Assembly: GCA_045130875.1 (NCBI GenBank)
Contig: JBGUQI010000011.1
Span: 9,828 to 73,827, forward strand
DNA length: 64,000 nt
Source of the DNA: Bacilli bacterium
GTDB taxonomy: Bacteria; Bacillota_I; Bacilli_A; RFN20; CAG-826
Reading direction: 5' to 3'
The notes beneath the pieces were generated by a model that saw only the letters and a list, made by a program, of their open reading frames with translations, made no database searches and was not told the origin of the DNA. Positions 24,867 to 33,709 of the stretch are shown here, piece by piece; positions within the stretch are counted from its first letter, which is position 1, and every line of letters starts with the position of its first letter. The position numbers and the translations under genes are program-made.

Positions 24867-26141
24867 TTAACGGAATTCATCCATATCAATCAATTTACCG
24901 TTTTGTAAACGGCTTTCTTCCGCGGCCATAGCCATATAATGGCTTTCTGCAGAAGCATCGATGGATGTTTCAATTTCTTTATTTCCTAAAGCCATGACTT
25001 CATAAAGTTTATCGAGCATACGATGATCTCCACCACCATGGCCATCTAAGTCATTTGTTAATTCGTTAATTTTCCAAACTTTGTTTTCACCCATAAATCT
25101 CTTTAAGGTGATGGTGTTTTCACCTTCTTTTAAATGGATTTCACCATCAGTTCCCAAAAAACGGATTTCTCTTCCGCCATCCTTGACAAAGGCTTCCATC
25201 TTTAGTGTTGCGGTAACGCCATTTTCAAATGTCATAATCGTGGTTTGATTATCGACAACATTGTTATCGCAAGCAAAGACACATTTTCCATATCTTCCTT
25301 CTCTTATAGATTTCCACATAGATTCTTCAGTAATTGGATAATCATCAGAAATTAATGTATATGGAAACACTTGTGCTCCACCACAGCCATTAAAACCATC
25401 GACATAAATGCGTTTTGCACTATAAGTACAGGTATTCATGTATTTACATTCTGTACATCTATTCGCACTGCCTTCTGGTTTGTTTTCTTTTCTAAAGAAA
25501 CGCAAATCACCCATAGAGGAGATGTATTTACATCTCGAATGAGCAAAATATTGTAATAAATCTAGGTCATGGCAGCACTTGGCCATAATCATTGGAGCGC
25601 AATCTTCTCTCTTGTGCCAATTGCCTCTTACGAAACTGTGGGCTTCATGCCAGAAAACAACATTCTCAGTGTGATCGATAGTTACTAATCTACCAATCTC
25701 ACCTTTATCAATGAGTTCCTTACACTTATTAATCCAAACTGTATATCTAAGAACGTGGCACACCATAATAATGCGATTCGCTTTATGTGCGGAGGCCACT
25801 AAATCATCAATTTCTTCTTTGCTATCACTTAAGGGTTTTTCTAATAGAATGTTATATCCTAATTCAAGGGCTTTTTTGGCCATTCTAATATGCAATCTAT
25901 CCATGGTTGTGATAAATATCACATCCGCTCTTTTTTCTTTCCAAAAATCCTCTTCATTATCGAAGCGGTTTTCTTGAGGAAGTTTATAGATATCGCCCCA
26001 TTTATTTAATCTCACATGATCGATATCACAAACTGCAACAATTTTAAATTTATCTGGATGGTCCATTAAATATGGGCCATAGGCATATCCACCTCTTCCT
26101 CCTAAACCAATAATGGCAACTGTTAATACTTTGTTTTCCAT
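24867..26141 (-). CDS. Gfo/Idh/MocA-family NAD(P)-dependent oxidoreductase
   Basis: Rossmann N-terminus MENKVLTVAIIGLGGRGG. I place the start at the ATG at 26141 (AGGAGG 8 nt upstream) rather than the track start at 26216, which would overlap the upstream AraC gene. Confidence 0.85.
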   Translation of the reverse strand: MENKVLTVAIIGLGGRGGYAYGPYLMDHPDKFKIVAVCDIDHVRLNKWGDIYKLPQENRFDNEEDFWKEKRADVIFITTMDRLHIRMAKKALELGYNILLEKPLSDSKEEIDDLVASAHKANRIIMVCHVLRYTVWINKCKELIDKGEIGRLVTIDHTENVVFWHEAHSFVRGNWHKREDCAPMIMAKCCHDLDLLQYFAHSRCKYISSMGDLRFFRKENKPEGSANRCTECKYMNTCTYSAKRIYVDGFNGCGGAQVFPYTLISDDYPITEESMWKSIREGRYGKCVFACDNNVVDNQTTIMTFENGVTATLKMEAFVKDGGREIRFLGTDGEIHLKEGENTITLKRFMGENKVWKINELTNDLDGHGGGDHRMLDKLYEVMALGNKEIETSIDASAESHYMAMAAEESRLQNGKLIDMDEFR

Positions 26142-26152
26142 AAGAAAACCTC

Positions 26153-26920
26153 CTAAATGTTTCCCTCTAATTCTTTCTTCACTCGATAGTAAGTGCTGGG
26201 AGAGGAAAAACCACATTGATATAAAATTTCAGATTGACTGAGATTTAATGATTTATCCAATAATAGTTCATTAGCTCTTTTAATTCTTAAAGAATTAATA
26301 TAAGACCTAACACCGTTTTTTAAACATTTCTTTAATGTTTTGGAACAATATTCAGGAGTATATCCCAAATCATGAGCCATAGACATAACAGTGATATCTT
26401 CTAAATAATGCAAATGAATATACCTGAGTAATTCTTTTAATAAGATGTCACCTTGGTATTCACCACGTTCCACTAAATTATATTTATTTATTAATAATGA
26501 TAATAAAACACTAGCTTGTCCTTGATTGTATAGTTGTGTCTTATTATCGGAAGAAACCCATTCTTTCATTACATGAAAGAGTTCTTTATTTTTCTCTTTA
26601 TCAAGTAAGAATGGTTCGAACGTTAAACCAGGATAAAGAGTTCTAAAAGTTTGAGTGTAGTCTCTAGATAAAACAAGAACAAACGCCAAGATGTCATCAC
26701 TTGCCTCATAAAAATGAGTTTGATAACTTTCAACAAAGAAAATATCTCCTTCATGAAGAGTCATGGTTTCGTTATCCAAATGACAAACTGCGTATCCTCT
26801 TTTAATGAAGATAAATTCCATACTGTCATGGAAATGAGGATTGTCACCTAAAAGATTATCTTCTTTTAAATAGATAGCAGATGAAAGATCGGCTTCTAAA
26901 CAATATTGTGTTTGTTCCAT
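26153..26920 (-). CDS. AraC/XylS-family transcriptional regulator (cupin + HTH), first gene of the long minus-strand operon
   Basis: Cupin HFHDSMEFIFIKRGYAVCHLD...EGDIFFVESYQTHFY. HTH region MSMAHDLGYTPEYCSKTLKK ... QCGFSSPSTYYRVKKE. Confidence 0.85.
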   Translation of the reverse strand: MEQTQYCLEADLSSAIYLKEDNLLGDNPHFHDSMEFIFIKRGYAVCHLDNETMTLHEGDIFFVESYQTHFYEASDDILAFVLVLSRDYTQTFRTLYPGLTFEPFLLDKEKNKELFHVMKEWVSSDNKTQLYNQGQASVLLSLLINKYNLVERGEYQGDILLKELLRYIHLHYLEDITVMSMAHDLGYTPEYCSKTLKKCLKNGVRSYINSLRIKRANELLLDKSLNLSQSEILYQCGFSSPSTYYRVKKELEGNI

Positions 26921-27099
26921 TAATTTGATTATAAATTAAATCAAATGTTCTTTCACACTTTAAATTAGTTTTTGATATTAAAAAAAATACTAAAAGAAAA
27001 TGTTAGTTTTTGAGAGTTAAAGCAAACAAACGAAGAAAGTTCTTTAAAAGCAAAAGAAAAAAATAGAGTTTTTTAATAACAATTTATGTAAAAATAGAC

Positions 27100-27128
27100 A
27101 TAAAAAGATAAAATACTTCTAAGAAGTA
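27100..27128 (-). terminator. Weak candidate rho-independent terminator after 27173..27922
   Basis: Minus strand: TACTTC-tta-GAAGTA followed by TTTTATCTTTTTAT. The stem is only 6 bp and AT-rich. Confidence 0.4.
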
Positions 27129-27172
27129 CATTTTCAAAAATATTGATGATTATAGATAAATTAATCTAATTT

Positions 27173-27922
27173 TTATTCAATTTCAAAGACACATTTCAAA
27201 AGATAATGATCGCTTGGAGGCAATCCTTCATAATCATCTTTTATAATATCAAAAGATAATGGTTTTACTTTCTTGGTTCTAAATATAAAGTCGATTCTTG
27301 TTTGTCTATCTTTATTATATGAATGATAAGTGTATTCAGTTCTACTGAATTCTTTGCCAACATCAATCATTTGAGAAGCCACTAATTGGTAGGCTTGTTC
27401 TTCAGGAACGGAGTTGAAATCACCCGCCAAGATAATGGTTTTATTCTGTTCCTTTAAATAATCAACCAATATTTTGGCTTGTAACTCTCTACAGTGAGCG
27501 GTTGTATATTCCAAATGTGTGGAAATTTGTTCAAAAATTCTGCCATTATTTTTATCTTTTAAACCAACACAAGTAAATATACGAGGATATTCTGCTTCTT
27601 CAATTAAGCCACGTTTTTTAATATCGCCATTAAACCAATATGTGTGGTTATATAAAGCTGAGAATCTATCCTTACGATAAAGAACACAATTTCTTTCTCT
27701 CCGCCATTCAATAACATTTTTGTCTCCATGGAACCTGTCTCTTCCACAAAAAGCATAGGTATCAGAAAGTTCTTTTTTTAATAACGAAAACCATTTGACA
27801 GTAACTTCCTGCAAACAAATAACATCTGGATTATGTTTTTTTATTAAATCAACAACACCGAGTTTTCTTCTTTCATTCATATCCCAACTCTGAATGTTGT
27901 AGGTTAATAGTTTAATTTTCAT
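27173..27922 (-). CDS. Endonuclease/exonuclease/phosphatase (EEP) family protein
   Basis: MKIKLLTYNIQSW..., VICLQEV, ILAGDFNS, RIDFIF and PSDHY are the conserved EEP-fold motifs. 4-nt overlap with the upstream HAD gene. Confidence 0.8.
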   Translation of the reverse strand: MKIKLLTYNIQSWDMNERRKLGVVDLIKKHNPDVICLQEVTVKWFSLLKKELSDTYAFCGRDRFHGDKNVIEWRRERNCVLYRKDRFSALYNHTYWFNGDIKKRGLIEEAEYPRIFTCVGLKDKNNGRIFEQISTHLEYTTAHCRELQAKILVDYLKEQNKTIILAGDFNSVPEEQAYQLVASQMIDVGKEFSRTEYTYHSYNKDRQTRIDFIFRTKKVKPLSFDIIKDDYEGLPPSDHYLLKCVFEIE

Positions 27923-28797
27923 AGTGGCTTCTTATCTTTTAAATAGTCAATTACTTCATCAAAGGTATCGACCATGAATAATGCTTGATCATAAAGACCT
28001 GATTTCATAAGGTTGCCATCTTTAAAACCAATGACATTCAAACCCGCTAATTTGGCGGCTAATAAACCAGAAGCGGAATCTTCAACAACAATAGCGTCGC
28101 TTAAATCATCAATTTTAAGCCCAAAAGCCAATTCTCTATATACCCAAGGGTGCGGTTTTGCGACCAATTCACCAATTGTGCCATATTCCCCTTTCCCGTT
28201 TTGACGACCGCCTGTAATAATCGCGTCATAGAACTTTAAAGGATCGCCCATATTTAAAACTCTAAAAGCGGAAACAATTTCAGGAATAGATTTATAATCT
28301 AAGCCACTTGTGGCTAAACCAATCTTAAACCCCATTTCTTTTAATTTATTAAGAAATTCTTTGAGACCATCTCTAGGCTTAAAGGCATCAACATTGCCTC
28401 TACCTTCCATGATTTCTTTGAGTTCATAATGACAAATTCTGTCATATACCGCTAAAGCGGTATTTAAATCCTGAGTGAAATGATATTTATTCTTTACATA
28501 TTTAAGATGAATTACTGTTGTATAACCACAGACAAAAGGAACGTCTTCTTCACTAAGTTTAAAGTTTTTATCATCTAATAATTCTTGGGTGGTCTTTTCA
28601 ATAAGATACATCCAAAATTCTTCGCTTCTAACTGTGGTTCCATCTAAATCAATTAAGACATATTTAATAACATCATTAGTCTTTAATTGTTTAAGTGGAT
28701 AAAAGGCATCAATTCCTGCTTGATTGATCTCTACAAATAATTCATCACCCTTATCGATGAAATTAATGCCATTTACTTTGTAATCATTGTGTTTCAT
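27919..28797 (-). CDS. HAD-superfamily hydrolase (phosphatase/beta-phosphoglucomutase-like) with an N-terminal extension
   Basis: Motif I VLIDLDGTTV, motif II LATSG, motif IV VVEDSASG. About 45-aa N-terminal extra segment. Confidence 0.75.
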   Translation of the reverse strand: MKHNDYKVNGINFIDKGDELFVEINQAGIDAFYPLKQLKTNDVIKYVLIDLDGTTVRSEEFWMYLIEKTTQELLDDKNFKLSEEDVPFVCGYTTVIHLKYVKNKYHFTQDLNTALAVYDRICHYELKEIMEGRGNVDAFKPRDGLKEFLNKLKEMGFKIGLATSGLDYKSIPEIVSAFRVLNMGDPLKFYDAIITGGRQNGKGEYGTIGELVAKPHPWVYRELAFGLKIDDLSDAIVVEDSASGLLAAKLAGLNVIGFKDGNLMKSGLYDQALFMVDTFDEVIDYLKDKKPL

Positions 28798-28804
28798 AAA
28801 GGTA

Positions 28805-31036
28805 TTATAGCCTCACTTTAAACATAAATTCATTTTTATTTATTTCTTCTTGAGAAATGATTTCATTGTTGAAGTTAAAAACTAATTGAATACGAGGATC
28901 AGCTTTGATGTAGTAACTAACAATATTATCCAAAATCTGGTAATTTACCTCGATTTTGCCGTATTTTGTGATAAATTTCATCGATAATTTGCTCACCGAT
29001 TTATCGAAATATGGAGACACGACAGTCTTTCTAAATGCTGGCACATCGATACATGGTGAGATGCCACACATATCCTTATACATCCATTCCACAACAGAAC
29101 CTAAAGAATAATGATTGAAGGAATTCATACCAACATCATTAAAGCCGGTATCTTTACGATAGGAATCCCATCTTTCCCACATCGTTGTGGCCCCACAAGA
29201 AATCATATATCCCCAAGATGGATATTTCTTATTATTGAGTAACTTATAAGCTAAATCTTTTCTTCCAATTTCACAAAGTGAAGGGAGCAAATGTTTAGTG
29301 CTATGGAAACCAGTGGTTAGATGATTAAATTGTTTAATCTTTCTAACGATATTGTCTTTATATTCTGATTCGTCAATTAGATTAAAAGCATACGCTAAAA
29401 CATAAGCGCCTTGAGTGTCATCGGTTAATTTCCCATTAACTAAATATTTATCTCTAAATATCTGCTTACATCTTTCATAGGCTTGATAATATTTGTTTTC
29501 ATCTTTATCAAAAGTTAAATGACAGGCAACCGCCATTAAATAATTATCTCTTGCCATATAGGCCATATTATAGACATCGAAGTTCATGCTTTCGTAAACT
29601 GATAACCAGTCACCAAAGGTGTGTCCTTTATAAACATCATCGACAAGATGTGCCATTTCATTTTTCATGAATCTCTTCATGTGCGGCATACAGCGTTTTA
29701 AAAATGCTAAATCACCATAATAACGATAGATATTAATGGGTATAACAATCATCGCGTTGCCCCAACCCGAAGCATCAAATCTCCATTCATTGAATGTCCC
29801 ATGGAATGGTCCATCATTCTTATGGAACATTGGAGAAAAGATAGGAACATGTCCTTCAAATAAATCCATACCAGTCATCATATCGATGACATATTTCTTA
29901 TAGAAATTTTCACAATCATAGTTATACATCGCTGTGGAACTGAAGATTTGCGCATCACCAGTCCAGCCCATTCTCTCATCTCTTTGAGGGCAATCTGTGG
30001 GAATGGATAAAGAATTATCTCTTTGTCCCCATAAAACATTGGAATATAACTTATTCACTAATCGATTATTGGTTTTGATATAACCAGTTCTTCTCATCTT
30101 AGTCCAGAAAGCAATAGCTTCCATAAAGACTATTTCTACATCACCTTCGGTAATAATATCGATATATCTAAAACCATGGAATGTATGACGAGGTAAAAAT
30201 TCTTCTTCTTTATTACCGCTTAATATATAAGTGTCTCTAGCTAAAGCGGATCTTAAATTTTCAGTATATAAACTATTATCTGGATTAAGCATTTCACCAT
30301 GATTAATGATGACTTTATCACCTTTACGACCTTTAAATATCGTATGCATTATGCCGGTGATATTTTGACCAAAATCAAAAATATGGTGGTTATCATATTC
30401 TCTCACTAATTTGGGTTTAAATTTCTTTTGAGCCACAACTGGATTGATAATACTTTTTCTATTTTTAGGAATGTTGATATCAAAGATATCGACTTTATGC
30501 CATTTGGATACATCATAATCAGGAGAAGAGAAATCTCCTAAATCATAATTGTTATCAATGACAATACCATTTTGATTATCCGCCGCTCTAATTGCGCCAT
30601 CATGAGCGACTTCGCTTCCATCGTTTTCAAAAGCTAATTCTCTATCCACAAAGATTTGATACATAACCTTGTCTGGATATTCACCAAAGACATTTCTTCC
30701 GACAATGGATAATGAAGAAGAATACCATCCATCACAAAGGACGATACCCAATGAATTGATACCTTCTTTAACATATTTAGAAATGTTGTATTCACGATAA
30801 TAAATTAAGCCATCATATTCACTACAATCCTGAGTCATGAAATCATGGTTAATTAATTGACCATTGATACAAACTGAATAGACACCTAAAGTGGCAATCC
30901 TGATTTTAACATTAGTAAAGGACTTTAATTCAAATCTTCTAACGATATATGCTGGTGGCACACCATAGGCTTGTCTTTTATCTTGGAAGTTATAATTCTT
31001 TTCTGTTAAGTATCCAATCCATTTCATAATTAACAT
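28805..31036 (-). CDS. GH78 alpha-L-rhamnosidase (cytoplasmic)
   Basis: PTDCPQRDERMGWTGDAQIF, FHGFRYIDI, GATTMWERWDS and SFNHYSLGSVVEWMY are hallmark GH78 motifs. No signal peptide. Confidence 0.9.
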   Translation of the reverse strand: MLIMKWIGYLTEKNYNFQDKRQAYGVPPAYIVRRFELKSFTNVKIRIATLGVYSVCINGQLINHDFMTQDCSEYDGLIYYREYNISKYVKEGINSLGIVLCDGWYSSSLSIVGRNVFGEYPDKVMYQIFVDRELAFENDGSEVAHDGAIRAADNQNGIVIDNNYDLGDFSSPDYDVSKWHKVDIFDINIPKNRKSIINPVVAQKKFKPKLVREYDNHHIFDFGQNITGIMHTIFKGRKGDKVIINHGEMLNPDNSLYTENLRSALARDTYILSGNKEEEFLPRHTFHGFRYIDIITEGDVEIVFMEAIAFWTKMRRTGYIKTNNRLVNKLYSNVLWGQRDNSLSIPTDCPQRDERMGWTGDAQIFSSTAMYNYDCENFYKKYVIDMMTGMDLFEGHVPIFSPMFHKNDGPFHGTFNEWRFDASGWGNAMIVIPINIYRYYGDLAFLKRCMPHMKRFMKNEMAHLVDDVYKGHTFGDWLSVYESMNFDVYNMAYMARDNYLMAVACHLTFDKDENKYYQAYERCKQIFRDKYLVNGKLTDDTQGAYVLAYAFNLIDESEYKDNIVRKIKQFNHLTTGFHSTKHLLPSLCEIGRKDLAYKLLNNKKYPSWGYMISCGATTMWERWDSYRKDTGFNDVGMNSFNHYSLGSVVEWMYKDMCGISPCIDVPAFRKTVVSPYFDKSVSKLSMKFITKYGKIEVNYQILDNIVSYYIKADPRIQLVFNFNNEIISQEEINKNEFMFKVRL

Positions 31037-31047
31037 CCTTAAAATAC

Positions 31048-32616
31048 TTATTTATTCCAGTCAAAATTAACTTTTTTGCCATCAATTAGCCATTCATTAG
31101 GTAATGGATTTTCCACCCAATCAACGGGTTCTAATGAGTGATATTCAAGATTGATTTTTAAAGCTTTATTCAAATCTTCTTTAATCTCTTTAGTGGCCTT
31201 ATTTGGATCACAAGAAATAAAGAGGGGGGAATTAGAATACGCTAAAGCGTAGAGCCATTCTCTATTCTTCTTCCAGTCAATTAATCCCATATGACCAACA
31301 CAGTCACCATCAATCTTATAAAAAATATCATTTTGCATTATTCTAAAAGCTAATGAATTAACTCCATATCTCACTGTTCTATTCCAATCTCTACCAGAGA
31401 TATCATCGCCAGTACGATTGAGTTCAGTTATTCCTGCACATAGATGTGAAAATGTATCGCAGCCAATTAAGATGGCTTTATCACCCGCTGCATCTCTGAT
31501 GGTTTGATAAAATTTCAAAATAGTTTCTGCGTTGGTGAAATGATTGTCTTTATATCTCCAACCTTGGTCGGTGAGATTGTCATCCATTTGATAACCATAA
31601 CGACAGAACATATCATAGGTGACATAGTCAAATTTAATTAATTCAAAACCCCAATCCACAAAACGCTTGATATCATCACTTACTCTTTTGAGAGTAAATT
31701 CATCTGTTGGATCTAAGAATAATAAATTATATGGATGATTATGTCCTCTAGAGATATAACTTGCTTCATATAAAGGTCTAAACCATAAGCCAGGTTTAAT
31801 ACCTAATTTCTTAATCTCGGAAGCTAAGACTTTCATATCCTTATATAAAGGATTTGGTACCCATGGTCCCGCACAATGGTTAAGTTGCCAACCATCATCA
31901 ATAACCATAAAAGGTTTAACAGGAATATCTTTAGTAACTTCCACTAATAACTTGGTGTCAGCAAGAATTTGTTCATAACTAGAATCGCCATAAGCATAGT
32001 ACCAGTTGTTAAATCCATAAACCGGTTCTTTAAGTTCTTTCTTTTTGACATCACCCATCAAAAGTTTGACAAAATCCCTGCAAGAAGCGAATAAATTGTC
32101 ATATTTTCCTTCTTTTTGCACAAAAGTACCAGCATTAAGGATTCTTCCTTCAAGGTTGACACCGCTACCACCAGATTGGGTATTCACATCGATACGTAAG
32201 AGGTTATCGATAATTCTAAATGAGATAATTGCATGGGGTTGGACACAAACACCATAAGAAGACAATTCTTTCTTCTTTTGATCGTTTACAAAGAAATACC
32301 AGAACATCTGTCTTGGCTCATCAATATTTCTCCACGCCATATCGGCGTAGCCTCTTTCAATAGAGTCTCCAAAAACTTTTAAGTCGTTGTTATGTTTAAA
32401 GTCATAATAGAGGTATAGGTGAGAGATTAAAGATTCTTTCGCAATCAATAATAAATCCACACCATGCTTTGATTGTTTAAATTCAACTTCGATATCTTTA
32501 TAAGAAGCTTTACCATCTTTAAAAGATATTCTGATGCTTTCCACACCATCAATAGAGAGTTCACCATGAAGGGGATGTAAGTAATTAAGGTTTTGTATCA
32601 TAGTAATGACCTCCAT
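31048..32616 (-). CDS. Alpha-galactosidase-like glycoside hydrolase (GH36/GH27 clan D type)
   Basis: KPFMVIDDGWQ, GIKPGLWFRP, WGFELIKFDY and GCDTF resemble the clan GH-D catalytic barrel. No signal peptide. Confidence 0.55.
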   Translation of the reverse strand: MEVITMIQNLNYLHPLHGELSIDGVESIRISFKDGKASYKDIEVEFKQSKHGVDLLLIAKESLISHLYLYYDFKHNNDLKVFGDSIERGYADMAWRNIDEPRQMFWYFFVNDQKKKELSSYGVCVQPHAIISFRIIDNLLRIDVNTQSGGSGVNLEGRILNAGTFVQKEGKYDNLFASCRDFVKLLMGDVKKKELKEPVYGFNNWYYAYGDSSYEQILADTKLLVEVTKDIPVKPFMVIDDGWQLNHCAGPWVPNPLYKDMKVLASEIKKLGIKPGLWFRPLYEASYISRGHNHPYNLLFLDPTDEFTLKRVSDDIKRFVDWGFELIKFDYVTYDMFCRYGYQMDDNLTDQGWRYKDNHFTNAETILKFYQTIRDAAGDKAILIGCDTFSHLCAGITELNRTGDDISGRDWNRTVRYGVNSLAFRIMQNDIFYKIDGDCVGHMGLIDWKKNREWLYALAYSNSPLFISCDPNKATKEIKEDLNKALKINLEYHSLEPVDWVENPLPNEWLIDGKKVNFDWNK

Positions 32617-33569
32617 TATTTATGATTTATCAAAGATAAATAGTAATCATACATCCTATCTACCCATCCATCAGCGAGTTCCCCTTTTGCCACACCCCAT
32701 CCGTGTGCGTCACTATCAAAATGTTCAAAGCGATAATCAATACCGCTATCTTCTAAAGCTTTAATCATTAACTGACTATTTTCATAAGGAACGCAACTAT
32801 CTCTTTCGCATTGCCACATAAAGACATTTGGATAATCTTTTCCAACATGTAATTCAATAGAATATTTATCTTCCTCTTCTTTAGAAGGATTGTCACCTAG
32901 TAAGGTATGTTTCGTTCCTGGTTCCGCATATTCTTTCATTGTTATGACTGGATAAACTAAACCTAATAATTTGGGTTTTGGATAATCATTAATACCTAAA
33001 TTATCGGTTCCTGATAAAGCGGCAAGATGGCCCGCTGCGGAACAACCAATAACTATATAATCATCCATATCTATATTCATTTGTTCTTTATTTTCAAATA
33101 AGAAAGCCACAAAATCCTTAAGCGCATCAATTGCGGTTTTAGATTTATCCCCTATTGGATAACTAAAGGAAAAAACATTCATTCCTTTTTTATGAAGTTC
33201 CACACTTGTGGGTGTATCTTCCACTAAAGTGCAAACCGCAGTGTAACCGCCACCAGCCATGACAATCGCCACCTTGGCTTTCTTGTCTTGCCTTAAACCC
33301 ATCACTGTATAATTGCTTTTTTGAAGATATGTTAATTGTTTCTTATAAGATAAGTCTCTCAAATAATTGAGTGAATCAATCATTGCCTTTCTCGGCCAAA
33401 TAGGACATTGGTCCATTATTTTCACTTTATAGGTTTCTTCATTTTGAGGAATATAAGAACAAACATGATAAAAATAGGTATTTAAACAAGGATCATTTCT
33501 AAAAGAATCAAAAGTTGATTCCTCGTTATAATACTTGGTATTGGAATAATTATCGTTTAGTTTGACCAT
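32616..33569 (-). CDS. Alpha/beta-hydrolase, probable carbohydrate (acetyl) esterase
   Basis: Oxyanion-type VAIVMAGGGY. Nucleophile elbow VIGCSAAGHLA. Late D and H (ERDSCVP, DAHGW). Confidence 0.65.
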   Translation of the reverse strand: MVKLNDNYSNTKYYNEESTFDSFRNDPCLNTYFYHVCSYIPQNEETYKVKIMDQCPIWPRKAMIDSLNYLRDLSYKKQLTYLQKSNYTVMGLRQDKKAKVAIVMAGGGYTAVCTLVEDTPTSVELHKKGMNVFSFSYPIGDKSKTAIDALKDFVAFLFENKEQMNIDMDDYIVIGCSAAGHLAALSGTDNLGINDYPKPKLLGLVYPVITMKEYAEPGTKHTLLGDNPSKEEEDKYSIELHVGKDYPNVFMWQCERDSCVPYENSQLMIKALEDSGIDYRFEHFDSDAHGWGVAKGELADGWVDRMYDYYLSLINHK

Positions 33570-33649
33570 TTTATATTCGCCTCAATAATGATATTTAAGC
33601 TATGCAGATAATATATTTTAAAAATATATAAGGCTATAAATGCAACAAA

Positions 33650-33688
33650 TAAAAGCAAAAAAAGAAAAAAGACTAGATAATTCTAGTC
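33650..33688 (-). terminator. Rho-independent terminator after the nagA-kinase pair
   Basis: Minus strand: GACTAGA-atta-TCTAGTC (7 bp) followed by TTTTTTCTTTTTTTGCTTTT, about 20 nt downstream of the stop at 33710. Confidence 0.75.
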
Positions 33689-33709
33689 CTCTCACTTTTA
33701 TATTATTTA

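Noticed and set aside
26142-26216. 25-codon N-terminal extension of the oxidoreductase ORF (MWFFLSQHLLSSEERIRGKHLGGFL).
   Set aside because: It overlaps the 3' end of the AraC gene. The internal ATG at 26141 is preceded by AGGAGG at ideal spacing, and the Rossmann motif starts right after it.
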